DNA of 46,416 nt, the filler included, from Jimgerdemannia flammicorona (lineage: Eukaryota), in the NCBI GenBank assembly GCA_003990765.1. It is 2 parts of 2 records of this genome, joined end to end, with 100 filler letters (N's around TTAATTAATTAA, not from the genome) between each part and the next. Parts side by side here need not be neighbours in the genome. Positions count along the whole stretch, not along the records: positions 1 to 23,160 come from RBNJ01001146.1; 1 more part is not named here. The stretch is one strand, 5' to 3'. Positions 1 through 11,400 of this stretch are shown here, piece by piece. How positions within the stretch are numbered: position 1 is the first letter of the stretch; each line of letters opens with the position of its first letter. The notes under the pieces were generated by a model. That model was not told the DNA's origin. It did no database searches and was given only the letters and a program-made list of their open reading frames with translations. Both the position numbers and the translations under genes were made by a program.

Positions 1-200
1 AAAATATTATAAAAATCAAAAGAAAATCAAAAAAATGAAATTATCAAAAAAAAATTTCAATTTTTTTTTCCAATTTCCTAACTTTTTTCAAAAAAAAAAA
101 AATTTTATAATTTTATAATAAATATTAAGTCAAAAAAAAATTTAAAAATTTAAAATTTTTTTGCAGCCAAATTTAGCTGCATTATATTACAGAATAAGGG
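1..200. mobile_element. AT-rich segment, possibly the end of a DNA transposon that interrupts the neighbouring LINE fragment
   Basis: A/T-run-rich sequence with a near-perfect 20-bp palindrome TGCAGCCAAATTTAGCTGCA (162-181). It ends in GGG at 198-200, where similarity to the LINE copy at 24674-25858 begins, and the LINE poly(A) end is missing. The other end is outside the window. Confidence 0.25.
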
Positions 201-1316
201 ATATAGACCAAAACTCTCCTCCATCATCCATCAAGCACTGCCCCCTCATTAACCTAGGCTAGCAGCTCAACTATACCAGGTGCAGTAGGGCCTATATTGG
301 CCCACACCTTATTCTATACACCATACTCTCCCTACTACTAGAAGAAACCCAGCTATATGCCAATGACTGAAAGTATATATCCAAGAACCCAATGTATATA
401 CAAGACTATACCCAAGCCAAATAGAAAAGCTCCTGCCACCCCAAAGAGAATGACAGGTAAAGAAAAAAACCCTTATCAAAGCACAACATGGTAGGTAGGG
501 CCTGGTTCTCTCAGTCAAGGTGAGTAAAGGACTTACACATGAGGTAGAAAGAGACCTCCAATACCCCACTACTCAAGTCTACAGGTCTTGATCATATTGC
601 TATATCAGCTCTTGGTTCTAGTTAAGTGTAGCCAAGATACCTGAAATGGGTAGCCTTGGGCCCCCCAACCTTCTCTGACAACTGGGGCCCAATCTGCCAA
701 ATTGCCAAAAGAAGCTGAGAGTGACACCTACCACCTAACTATGCCACACTAATCAAAAGGTCCCACCAAAGCAGTACCTGCCCCAGCCCCAATGACTGCC
801 CCCAGCCTGGCACTCTACTGGTTCACTGTTATTGCCCTTCCTTCTATCTGTAACAGCCATCTCTCCTCCCATCCCAACAACACCCAAAAAGTAGTCATCT
901 ATACCAGAACTGTGCTCACTGGAAAGCTCACCAAAGCCAGAGGGCCCCACCACAGATACTGAGGACCTGTAGGTAACCTATACTGAGCACTTGATGCCCA
1001 AGATCAGCCAACTCCCTATATAGTCTGAGACACACCAAGACAGCACCTTGTTGGTGATGACAAAAGGAAGAAGGTGTCACATCAAAACGGATATACTCCA
1101 GACACAGCCAAAGGTATCAGAAACTATGAAAAAGTAGAAAAGACACTGATCGGACACTGATAAAAGGGCAACTCATCACCATTACCTCTCTCCTACTGCC
1201 CTGCAATAGATACAGCAAACCAATCTAAGATAGAGGGGGTAATAATTGTGGAAAGTAGACTCAGAAGGTTGTCTACCAAACTATTATGACCAGTAAGGTA
1301 GCAGAGAAAGAGATTG
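201..1316 (-). mobile_element. LINE family D copy 1: ~1.1-kb 3' fragment (ORF2 C-terminus, zf-RVT-like region), decayed
   Basis: Colinear similarity over its whole length to 24735-25858, which has a poly(A) tail and TSD. Minus-strand translation resembles the Cys/Trp-containing C-terminus of L1/Tx1 ORF2, with many stops. Confidence 0.75.
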
Positions 1317-4300
1317 TTATCCATCAGAGTGTCCTTCATCAACCCTTTCCATCTCAGCAGCTATACCCCCAAACTCAAATGCCTCTCTTCCTCAAAAACA
1401 AATAACCAATGACCCACTAACTCCACCCACATAGCTAGTACTCAATCTAAAGTAAGCCACTCCTTTACCACCCCCCTTCTATCAATCTATTCCACAAATC
1501 CTCCCACTAACCCCTCACACTATCTCTCCTATGTACAATACCCAATCATTTCCTGACTGCTATCCAGAAGTCACTAAGCATCTTACACTCTTCTAGCCAA
1601 TGTTCAGGTATCTATACAAAACCCCCTTCCTGTCCAATATTGTAGTACTCTTTACAGTCAAAGTTTTCCCCCTCAATAAGGTGGCCTGAGCAAAAGTTGA
1701 GCATAATATTCTTTCTTAATATGCACCACCAGACCACCCAATACTTCAATAGCAGCTACTGCCTAACCTCAGCACTCTAGGCCCAGACCCCATTCCAGTC
1801 CCACTCTTCTCTAATATCCACTAACTGCTACTTGCTGGGCTACAGGTTCTGCCCTAACCCCCTCTGATACTTAATCCCATCACTAATATTGAAATCACCT
1901 AGATAGATACCCCCAGTCTTATCTCCACATTACTGGGCCCCAAGATATCTCTCCTTTATCTCTCTGCCAATGAATCCCAATATGGTATACCCCATCTGCT
2001 ACTCCCCACCAGAAGTCCTTAAACCACATATACTTATTGTTCTGAAGCCCAACTAAGGACAATAGATCTCTTATGAAGCCTCTTGGCAAGAACCTTATCT
2101 CTCAGACCTTCTTTATCAGAGAAACCCAGCTACCATCTCTCAACTCCACAGCCTACTTTAGCCACTATACTCTCAGGCAGTACAACTTCTTTGGAAAGTC
2201 AACCAGCCTGAGTCCTCCTCTCACTACTGGCAAAGACAAGATTTTCCAGCTAATCTGACTTCTCCTCTCAGCCCAGATCTACCCCTTGGCCAATTTCAAT
2301 AATCTCTTCACCACCTAGACTGGGAAGTCCAGATGATAAGCTAAATATCACACTTCAGCAGCCAGTAAACATTCAAAATTAAAACATGCCCTACCAGAGA
2401 CAAGTAGTGGCCTTCCCAACTCTACAGGACCTCCCTCCAGATTATAATCTGCTGCTCTCACCAGAGTCTTGATAGGACTGATCCATACACTGAAAGATAG
2501 ATGCCCAAGTACCTCACCATCTCTCTAGCAGGGATAATTATTCTGATGATATCCCCCTCTATCAGACCATTACCCAATACTATTGTTTCATATTTGTGCT
2601 AATTGAGTTTAGTCTCAGAGTATGCCTCATATCACTCTATAGTCTCTTTGAGTTCCTCAACATCAGCAATCAAACCTAGGCCAATTACCATATCATCTGC
2701 AAAGACACCAACTTTCCACCCAATGCCAAATATTGAAAGCCCTACTATTCTCTACTGAATCCTATTCATCAATAGCTCTAAGAAGAGAGTATACAGAATG
2801 AGGGACAGCAGGTCCCCCTGGGGAACACCCCTATCTAGAGGGAAAGCCACTCCTTGATACCTATTATATATGAGCACAGCTCTACTTCCTTCTAGTAGGC
2901 TGACTATTACCACTCAAAACTACTGAGAGATGCCAATCCAATTTAGTATCTTTGCCATCCAAACCTGCTGAACACAGTCATATACTTTTTTCTGATCCAG
3001 GAAGATTAGGCACCCATCCAGTCCACAGGTATGTATCTCTTCAATAATGCCATATACCCAAGCTGTGCCATCCCTAATGAGTCAGTCCCCTACAAAGCCC
3101 CATTGCTCCTCCCCCAGAACCTGTTGGGCCACCTTCTGTAGCCTCACTACCACTATCTTAGTAATTAATTTTCTGTCCATGTCCAGTAATATGATTGGCC
3201 TCCAGTTCTTCCAGTTCTCTCTCCTACCTTTGTTCTTATAAAGCAGTACCACCAGCCTCAGATCCTGCTCACCCACCCATCTCCTGGACTATAGTATCAA
3301 GTTACAAAGTACCATCAGCTCTCCTAGTATACTGGAGACACCTACTATCTTTCTTTAAAAATCCCAGGGCAGGCCATCCTCCCCTGGTGCCATGCCCAGT
3401 ATAGTTATGGCAAGAATCTGGTGAATCTCCTCCTCCTGTACTGACAACACCAGGCTGTTCAGCCCTTCTACCTGTAGTGGGTATCAATCCTCCAAAACAT
3501 GATCAATGGCATCAGCATTGGTCCCACTCTCCTTCCTACTCTACAAATTACTCCACCTCTCCTTTAATGATCCAAGAATGTCTTATATACTATGCACCAA
3601 AAGCTCCTCAGAATTGAGAACTCTCTCCCACCTCTGCTGAACTCTCCTTACTCAAAGAGCCTTCATGAGAAACTTGGAGAGCCTCTCTCCTTCCTTCAGC
3701 CCCTGCCACTATAGCCATGCTACCAAACTCTGCACCTATACTATCTCTTCCTCCTGCAGCATCTGTTGTAACTCAATAACCTCCTTTTTCATCTGTAGTA
3801 ATCTTCAATCCTCCACCCCCTCCAGGGCCAACAGGCCTGCCCAATCTTCCAGAAGTCTCACCAGTCTAACAGAAGCCCACATCATCCTCTTCCTCCTCTA
3901 TCTACCAGCCACCTTATCAGCCTCCCCCCAAAAGACTCTAGCAGTCTCCTTCAATCTCCTTCACCTAACTCCAACCAGGGCACCTTTCTGTATCCACCCC
4001 TCCACCCTCTGCTGAATATCCTCAGCCCACTTGTCCCATAGTATCTTATTGTCTAACAAAGAGGAGTTGAGGTACCAATGTCCAGATCCATCCCCACTCT
4101 CCCCAAAATGTCCCTGTCCCAGCAATCTCCAATAATCTGACCATGGACACCATTCAGTCTCCAGTGACCTCCAAACATCTAAGCCCCAGCAGTCTACCAT
4201 CAAAATCCAGTCAATCCTTATCCCCAGATCACTCATCCAGTATATGTACACCCTTCTGTCACCCTAGAACCCCCTGCTAGCATCCATCAGAGCACTCAGC

Positions 4301-4812
4301 CTCTCCACTTCCTCCTATACCTCCAGACCTCCACTCCTACCCTCAGCCCCCTACCCTTCATCAGTTCTATCCAACAGTATATTCTTGACCATATTAAAAT
4401 CTCCACCAAGCATGTCTACTCTAGTCTCTGCAAGGATCTCCCCCTTCTAGAACCCCTTCACCCAATCTATACACTTACCTTGTACAGCAGAGCAGTAGCA
4501 GGATCCCACTGTAACTGGCTCCCAATCTGTATGAATCCACTCTCTCCAAACTAGTCTATTTTCCCAGCTTCTCACATCTCATATCTCCCCTCTGCTTCTT
4601 TAGACCAGAATCTCAATCTTGCCCTTCCAAACTACCTCACCTCTCCATTTCTTCATCCATTCCAGTTTATCCACTTCATTCTCACATCTGACATTCTGTA
4701 AAAGAAAGAGATTGGCCTCCAATCTCTTCAGCTAAGCAAAAATGTTCCAATGTTGCAATGAATCCTATAACCTATTCACATTCAAAGAAAAAATATTAGT
4801 TGTACTATTTAT
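1317..4812 (-). pseudogene. LINE ORF2 (APE endonuclease + reverse transcriptase), disrupted
   Basis: Motifs FSLNVN (~4790), GDFN (~4400), RIDWIL, PWSDY, HGTRGG/PGEDG region, NWRPIILLDMDRKL, FLDQKK.YD, VPQGDLLS, VFADD (~2700), YLG. Many stops and frameshifts; start codon decayed ATG to ATA. Confidence 0.9.
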
Positions 4813-4843
4813 AGGGAATATTGTGTAATAGTAATCATATTCT

Positions 4844-6536
4844 CTACTGCTCTATGTTCATCACCTCCTGAGCCAAGTCCAGATCATGTTCAGCAGCCAC
4901 TACCTTCTCATCAATCCTCTTAGCCTCCAATTCAACCAGTAGTTCAGCAAGCTCCCCATTCTCCTTCTTCTCGAAATTCTCCTGATACTCTAGACAGGTC
5001 TCCTGCTAGAGCTGTAGCCCATAATGCTCTACCCAACAAAAGGTGGCCCACTCACCAGCAGCAACTGCCAGCTCAGCCTCCCTCTCTTTATCAATCTCAT
5101 ACCCTTTCTTCTCCAGGAAAACTACAAGAACCTCTGCCTTCAGTGCCTTCACCACTCCATCACTATGCAGGATCTGTGCCCAATACTCTTCACTCAACAC
5201 TCACAGATCCATCTCTCCCAACTTCTCTGCTGCAAAGTTTTTTATTATCTTGTACATCTACAGTAGGTTTCCCACCTCCTTCCTTCCTGGAGTTGCTAGC
5301 CTTCTTTTATCTAGTATTGAGATATTAGCCCCTGTACTTACAGTCTCATCCCACTCTTCCTCTTGGACATCCATCAGTTTATCTTCACCAACCACTACCA
5401 CCTGTCTCCTCTTCACTACCTCAGGAACTCCAAAGTATATATGCTGGGCCCCCTGCATAGACACATTCTCTACCACTCTGCTCCTTGAAGCTGGACCTCA
5501 TCTAATAAGAGAAGTAGGAGATGGAGAGTCTTCCCAGACCTCAAACATACTATTTACATATGGGTCATTACCAGTTATCTCCTTGGCCACTTCTGGTCCC
5601 TTTTCTATATTCACTCCATCTTAACTGGCTCGGATACTCACTTTGGCTCCCTCCATAACCTTAATTCCACCAGCCTCCTTCTTCACCCTACTCTCCAGGT
5701 TTGCTAACAGCTCTCTCTGCCTCTTGCATTCTTGGGACCTTTCTCACAGCCCCTTATCTATGTGGATCCTCTTCCCATCTACCACCTCCAAATATATTGA
5801 CTCTATATATATCTTTCAAGCCTTTACCCTCTACTTTACTATACTACTCAGCTCCTTCAGTACCTCTAACAAATCCTCTTCCTCCTTCTCACTCCTCTTC
5901 ACCCTCATCACCTTATATAAGAAAGTCTCCCAAACTATCACCAAAGGTCAGTCTCTAGCCTTCTTAGTAGCTTTCTTTCCTATCAACCAAATCTTAACAT
6001 CAACATTTCTAGTTCTGAATGAGATCCCCTCCCAGACCCAGAACCCAACATTGACTATCTCTCTATACTTAGTCATGACTTCCTCAACTCTTCTCCTCAT
6101 CTCCACAGTGGTCACTGTGGGTACTCCTTTTACTAACAGCTATACCACCCAGGGATCTCACCTCAAGTAGTACATCATTGGAATACACATCTCTCCAATA
6201 GTCAGCCCAGTCTTCAGTATTTCCTCCAATAGCTCAGTCTTCCCAAAACCCACCTCTACTCCTTCTAATCTCTTTAGGAACTTCACAGACACTGCTTCAG
6301 CCACCTACTTAGCAATCAGCTCCAATACTATTTTCACTATCACTGCTAAGCCCTAGAAGTACAAAGTAACTATAAACTCTGAAATTGACTTCTTGAGTAA
6401 TAGTACTACTATCAGGCCTATTACACCATCTGCCAGATCTTCTATCTATCCAAGCCCCATTCTCTCAGTTCTACTATTAGCAGTCATATCTGGATTTTTT
6501 TTCCAGATTAGCAGTCCTGTTGCCATCAGTTGTCAT
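4844..6536 (-). pseudogene. LINE ORF1 (RRM-like region plus acidic C-terminal region), 5' part missing
   Basis: Matches ORF1 of the copies at 39228-41141 and 43862-45897 (SVKFLKRLEGVEV; LKAEVLVVFLEKKGYEIDKEREAEL). Ends about 30 nt before ORF2. Confidence 0.8.
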
Positions 6537-7494
6537 AAGATAACTAGAGTAATAATCACTTAAGATTTGAGTTGAAGAATTTCTCTTACTATAGAAAATT
6601 ATTATATTATAGAATTCAAGATATAAGATCAAGAACACTATCAGAAATGATTGTCATTAGGATAAAAGACTCTGGAAAATATCAGAATACTATTAGGAAA
6701 TATAGAGAATCTGTAAAATGATTACTAGAAAACTCAAGAATAACTCAGTTATTGCTGTCTCTGAAATCAGATATAAAAAATCAGAAAACTCTACTATAGT
6801 TAATAATGTCACCATGAAAATCAAAAATCAAGATCTATGGAATTCAAGAATAAGTCAGTTAGTTGAAATTACTATTATAGAAAACTTACCAGAAATACTA
6901 AAATAATTACTAACTACTAAGAAGCTTAGAAAAACTATAAAAATGATTACTAGAAATCTTATGCTGTCTGCTATTCTGAATGACCAGTCACATGACCAAT
7001 GACTTGAGATATATAAATAAATCAAATAGCAGTTGAAGTAAATATTAAGCCAGAATATTATTAGATAAAGAGATAAATAGTATGTAAATAATCAGTAGTA
7101 TATTGAGCTATATAATTCAACAAAACAATTTATATAAATCATATACCACAATATATATTTAAAGATATAGCAATCAGTCTAGTATTTTAATAATAATAGC
7201 TAATTCTAAATCTCAAAATATAGTTAAATTTTGAAATACTAAATAAATATAGTACTTAGGTATTATATTATATAAGTATAGCTTAGAACTTATAGATATA
7301 TCATATCTGAATATAAAATATAATTTTTGTCATTTCTAGCTCTAATAAGATGAGTAAGATGTTATTATATCTGTCTAAGAGTACTAAAGATAGATAATAA
7401 GTAGTATAAATAGTATAATATATAGAATTTTAAATATATTCAAAGCTTAAGAATATATATTATATAACTTGGTTACTATATCTAAAATACTTAT

Positions 7495-7915
7495 ACTTAT
7501 AAGCTCACAAATCTACAAGTCTGCAAGCAATAAGTATAAGCTAAGAGTTTTGAATATTGCAATAAGTATAAGTCTATAAGCCTATAATTTTATAAGCAAT
7601 AAGTGTAAGTCTATAAGTCTATAATTCTACAAGTAATAAGTATAAGCTGAGAGCTTCAAATATTATAACAAATATAAACTTACAAACTCATAATCTTATG
7701 AGTAACAAGTATAAGCTGAGAGCTTTAAATATTATAATAAGTATAAGCTCAAAAGTCTGCAATTCTACAAGTAATAAGTATAAGCTAAGAGCTTTGAATA
7801 TTGTAACAAGTATAAGCCTACAAGTCTGCAATTCTGCAAGCAACAAGTATAAGTCAAAAGCTTTGAATATTACAATAAGTATAAGTTAAGAGCTTCAGAT
7901 ATTATAATAAGTATA
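7495..7915. repeat. Degenerate composite tandem repeat, 69-bp unit made of 33- and 36-bp subunits
   Basis: Recurring AAGTAATAAGTATAAGCTGAGAGCTTTAAATATT-ATAATAAGTATAAGC...CAATTCTAC. The 23-aa periodicity shows in the ORF at 7698-7889. Confidence 0.85.
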
Positions 7916-8144
7916 GATAAAATACATATATATAAATAAGCTGACTTTAATAATAAAAGACAAAACAAAAAATGATCTTACCTTATAAAAAACTTCTAGA
8001 GCCTTTGAGAATATGAATAATACTATTAATAAGATTGTTATCTTATTGGATAATGAAGAATCTAAGACTGATAATAAATATAAGAAGAAGAAGAAGTTTA
8101 AAGAAGATTCTTTTACTTAAACTATATAGAATAAGCTAAGCTAT

Positions 8145-8395
8145 ATAGATATCTTTTAGTAAAAAGTAATATATTTTCAAGTTTTACTTCATTTATACTA
8201 GTATATATATAAGATATGGTAGAAGTCTAGTAATAAGATATAATAAGTTTCACTTCTATCTGATAAGTTTTAACAGAATAGTAAGCAAAAGTTTAATGAG
8301 CTCTAAGTATTTAGAGAGAAGATAGTTTGGTCTAAATCTTTTCAAGAGTTTTATAATAGCTACTAGAGCTAGAGATACTGAGAGTAATAGAGGCC

Positions 8396-8431
<36 letters not shown>

Positions 8432-11400
8432 AGTAATAGAGGCAGTTAGAGAGAGACTACAGGGATAGAGAACTAGTATACTGTAGTAGAGAGCAGAAGG
8501 GCTGTTACTAGACCAGTAGTAGTGAGACAGAAGAGATATAATATTAATAGGAAGAGCAGTCAGGTGACCAGTCAGGTATTCAATAGGGGTTAGGAGTAGG
8601 GGGGTACATATGTATAACTAATATGGCTGACAATTCTGGGGCTGAGCTGGTGGCTGATAGTATGAATATAGTTGGGAATGGTATAACTAGTAGTATGACT
8701 ATAGAGATATCTGAAAATAAGAAGAGGACTACACTGGTGGCAGGATCTAGTGAGCTAGTTGTATATTTATTCTTCTATAAGTCAGTATCAATATGAGTAA
8801 TCTTGGTCAACTTTTTGAGACTGAAGTTGTTGACAAGAGAAGTTTTGCAGCTGGTGAGTAAGAAGCTTACAGAAGCAGAGTCTCTAAAGTTTATTTTTTT
8901 GGCAGAGATAGTGGAGATTGGTTTTGTGGAAAAGGATGAGATAATGAGGCCCTGGAGAAAGAATTGATGGTCAAGAGTATCAAGATTAATATAGTGAGAT
9001 ATCTGAGATAAGATCTGCATGCTGTGAGACTAATAGTAAAAGGACTGCTAATACTGGATAAATAGAAGATGAAAGGGATAGTAGCAGAGACTCTCAAGCA
9101 ATATAGAGAGATAGTGGATTTCACATTTATGTTTTAGGAGAGCATAAAGCTGAGAAATAAAAACTGTGAGGCAATAATATAACTGAAGAATAAGAAGAGT
9201 ATTAGTTTTGGAAAAAAAACTAATCTGAGATAATCTATATTGCTGACCAGAAGTATAAGATATGAAAAAGAAAGAGAATAGAGCAGGAGAAGGAGGGGCT
9301 ATTGATTGATCTTGAGGAAAAAGAAGCTACAAAGATATTATATAAAAGGAAATATGTAGAAGGAGTTTGCAAAGAACTGAATTTGAATTCTAGTAGATAG
9401 GAAGAGGAAGAGGTAGAGAAAGAAGAATTGAAAGTATCTACTAACAGTATTGTAAGGAACTATAGAGAAGAAGATAGTAAGGACTAAGATTGATAGGAAT
9501 CAAATAAATAAAGTAGAGATAATAAAGATTTCTTTTTCTCAACTAAAGGGTGTAGGATATTTAGTACATATGTATACCAAAAATGGAGAAATGAGCTGAT
9601 AAGGTGAAGGTACAAAAGAGCAGATTTGAAGAAAAAGAAGAGATAGTTCTAGAGATCCGGATAGAGGATATGTATATAGTGAAGGCTATAAATATTTACT
9701 GAGAATGCCCTAAGATTAGAGAGGTGGTAAGGCTAGAGAAGGTTGCTGAGGAGGATGAGTTGGTAGAGAGTTTCTCTGATTTTTCTATAGATAGAGATAT
9801 ATTTCAGAAATTGAGCAGGGCCCTGAGGTCTGCTATACTAAGACCTCTTATATATATGGCTGAGGATTAGTATAAGGCAGTTCTTGAGGAGTTAACAGAG
9901 AAAGACATCAAGAAGATTGATGTATTTCAAGAGTCTCAGAAGAAGTGAGATAGATTCTTTAATATTATATTATAGATACTAAAGCTGGTGATAGCAATGA
10001 TAGCTAATCTTCTAAAGGATGAGAAATATAAGATAGATAAGACTAAGATGGCTGATATTAATAGAGTGATATCTGATTATATAAATAGCTTTTGTAGTAG
10101 TAAAAATGGCAGATTTATCTAAAGAGCTATCTGTGAGAACTATAGAGATATTATTAGAGAGAAAATAGAAAGAGTAGCAGCCATACCTGAGGATCTTTAA
10201 TCACTCATCTACATATTATAAACAGTTTGTAAATTCTATTACTAAATATTAATAGTCTGCAAGATAGAGTGAAATAGAGATAATTGTTTAAGTGACTGAA
10301 GATCAGAAAGTATAATATAGTATTCTTTCAGGATGTTTGAGCTTATAGTATTCAAAATTACAAGGAGTAAAGTAAGAAATAATTTAGTAGTATATATAAG
10401 TTAAAATAAGTAGATTGGTATCTTGGTTGATATTAGTAAGAGTGAGCTAGTAGAGATAGATACTTATGTAAGCACTTGGTCTGAGAGATATTAAAAAAAG
10501 AAAGCTAGTAATAAACTAGTAGTAGGCTCTATATATCTTTCAATAGTTAGTAGAGAATAAAAGCAATAGATAGAGAAGTGATTGATCTGAGATAGCTGGA
10601 TAGAGATAGAGTTGAACATTTTAAAGGATGATTTTAATATAGTTTAGAATAAGGTATTAGATCACTCAGATAGTAAAGCTAGAGTAGTAATTTCTTCAGA
10701 ACTATCAAGATAGCTTTATATAGAAAAGGACATGAACTTGATTAATAGTATTCAGTAGAGAAGAAGAGATATATCAGAGCTCTTTACTAGATAGTATGCT
10801 ATTAGTAACAGACTAGTAGAGATAAGGATTGACTGGGTGCTAATAGCAGAATACTGGGGCAATATATTAAATACTGTAGAGGTGAGATAGTATCTCTGAT
10901 CAGATTACTGGAGTGTGAAAGTAAGGGACAGATTCTAGATAGTTAGTAATAGTAGTAAATACTGATACCTAAATATAATACTGCTCAGAAGACAGATAGA
11001 AAGAAGTCAATTTGTTGATATTACTAGACAAGAAGTAGTAAGATAGAAGAAGAGTAGACTGCCAGTAGTAGATTAGTAGAGTAGATTTAAATATTTAACT
11101 GGAGCCTACTAGAGAGATATTGGTAAGATTGCAGAAAAAGAGTAGCAAAACAGAGAGAGAAGGACTGAGAGAGGGCTATAGTAGAGGTTGAAGTTAATAG
11201 AATTGGTAGAGTTGCCTGGAGATATATACTGAAAGTTAGCTGTAGAAGTGACTGGACTTCAGTCTGACTTATAGATTGCTGAGAATAGAGTAGTAGATAG
11301 ACTACTGACTCAGTTGTAGACTAGGTAGCTAGAGGAAGGGAAGAGGTCAACTAAGTATCTATCTGATGTTCTGAAGGTCAGAAGAGTGAGATACAGCTGA

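Larger units (their letters stand above)
1317..6536 (-). mobile_element. LINE family A copy 1 (L1/Tx1-like), truncated at both ends
   Basis: Colinear with 34545-35456 plus 41227-45550. Contains ORF1, endonuclease and RT motifs. Confidence 0.92.

Noticed and set aside
201..1316. Possible DIRS/tyrosine-recombinase fragment
   Set aside because: No R-H-R-Y motifs found; the sister copy has a poly(A) tail and 16-bp TSD typical of LINEs.
6531..7150. Solo LTR bounded by TGTC...CACA
   Set aside because: No matching TSD, and the TG falls in sequence still alignable to the LINE.
7495..7915. Possible CRISPR array
   Set aside because: No unique spacers, units are degenerate, no cas genes, eukaryotic TE context.
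8095..8145. TSD for LINE C copy 1 (TTAAAGAAG also after the tail at 13993)
   Set aside because: Short A-rich match that does not extend; 5' end too decayed to place.
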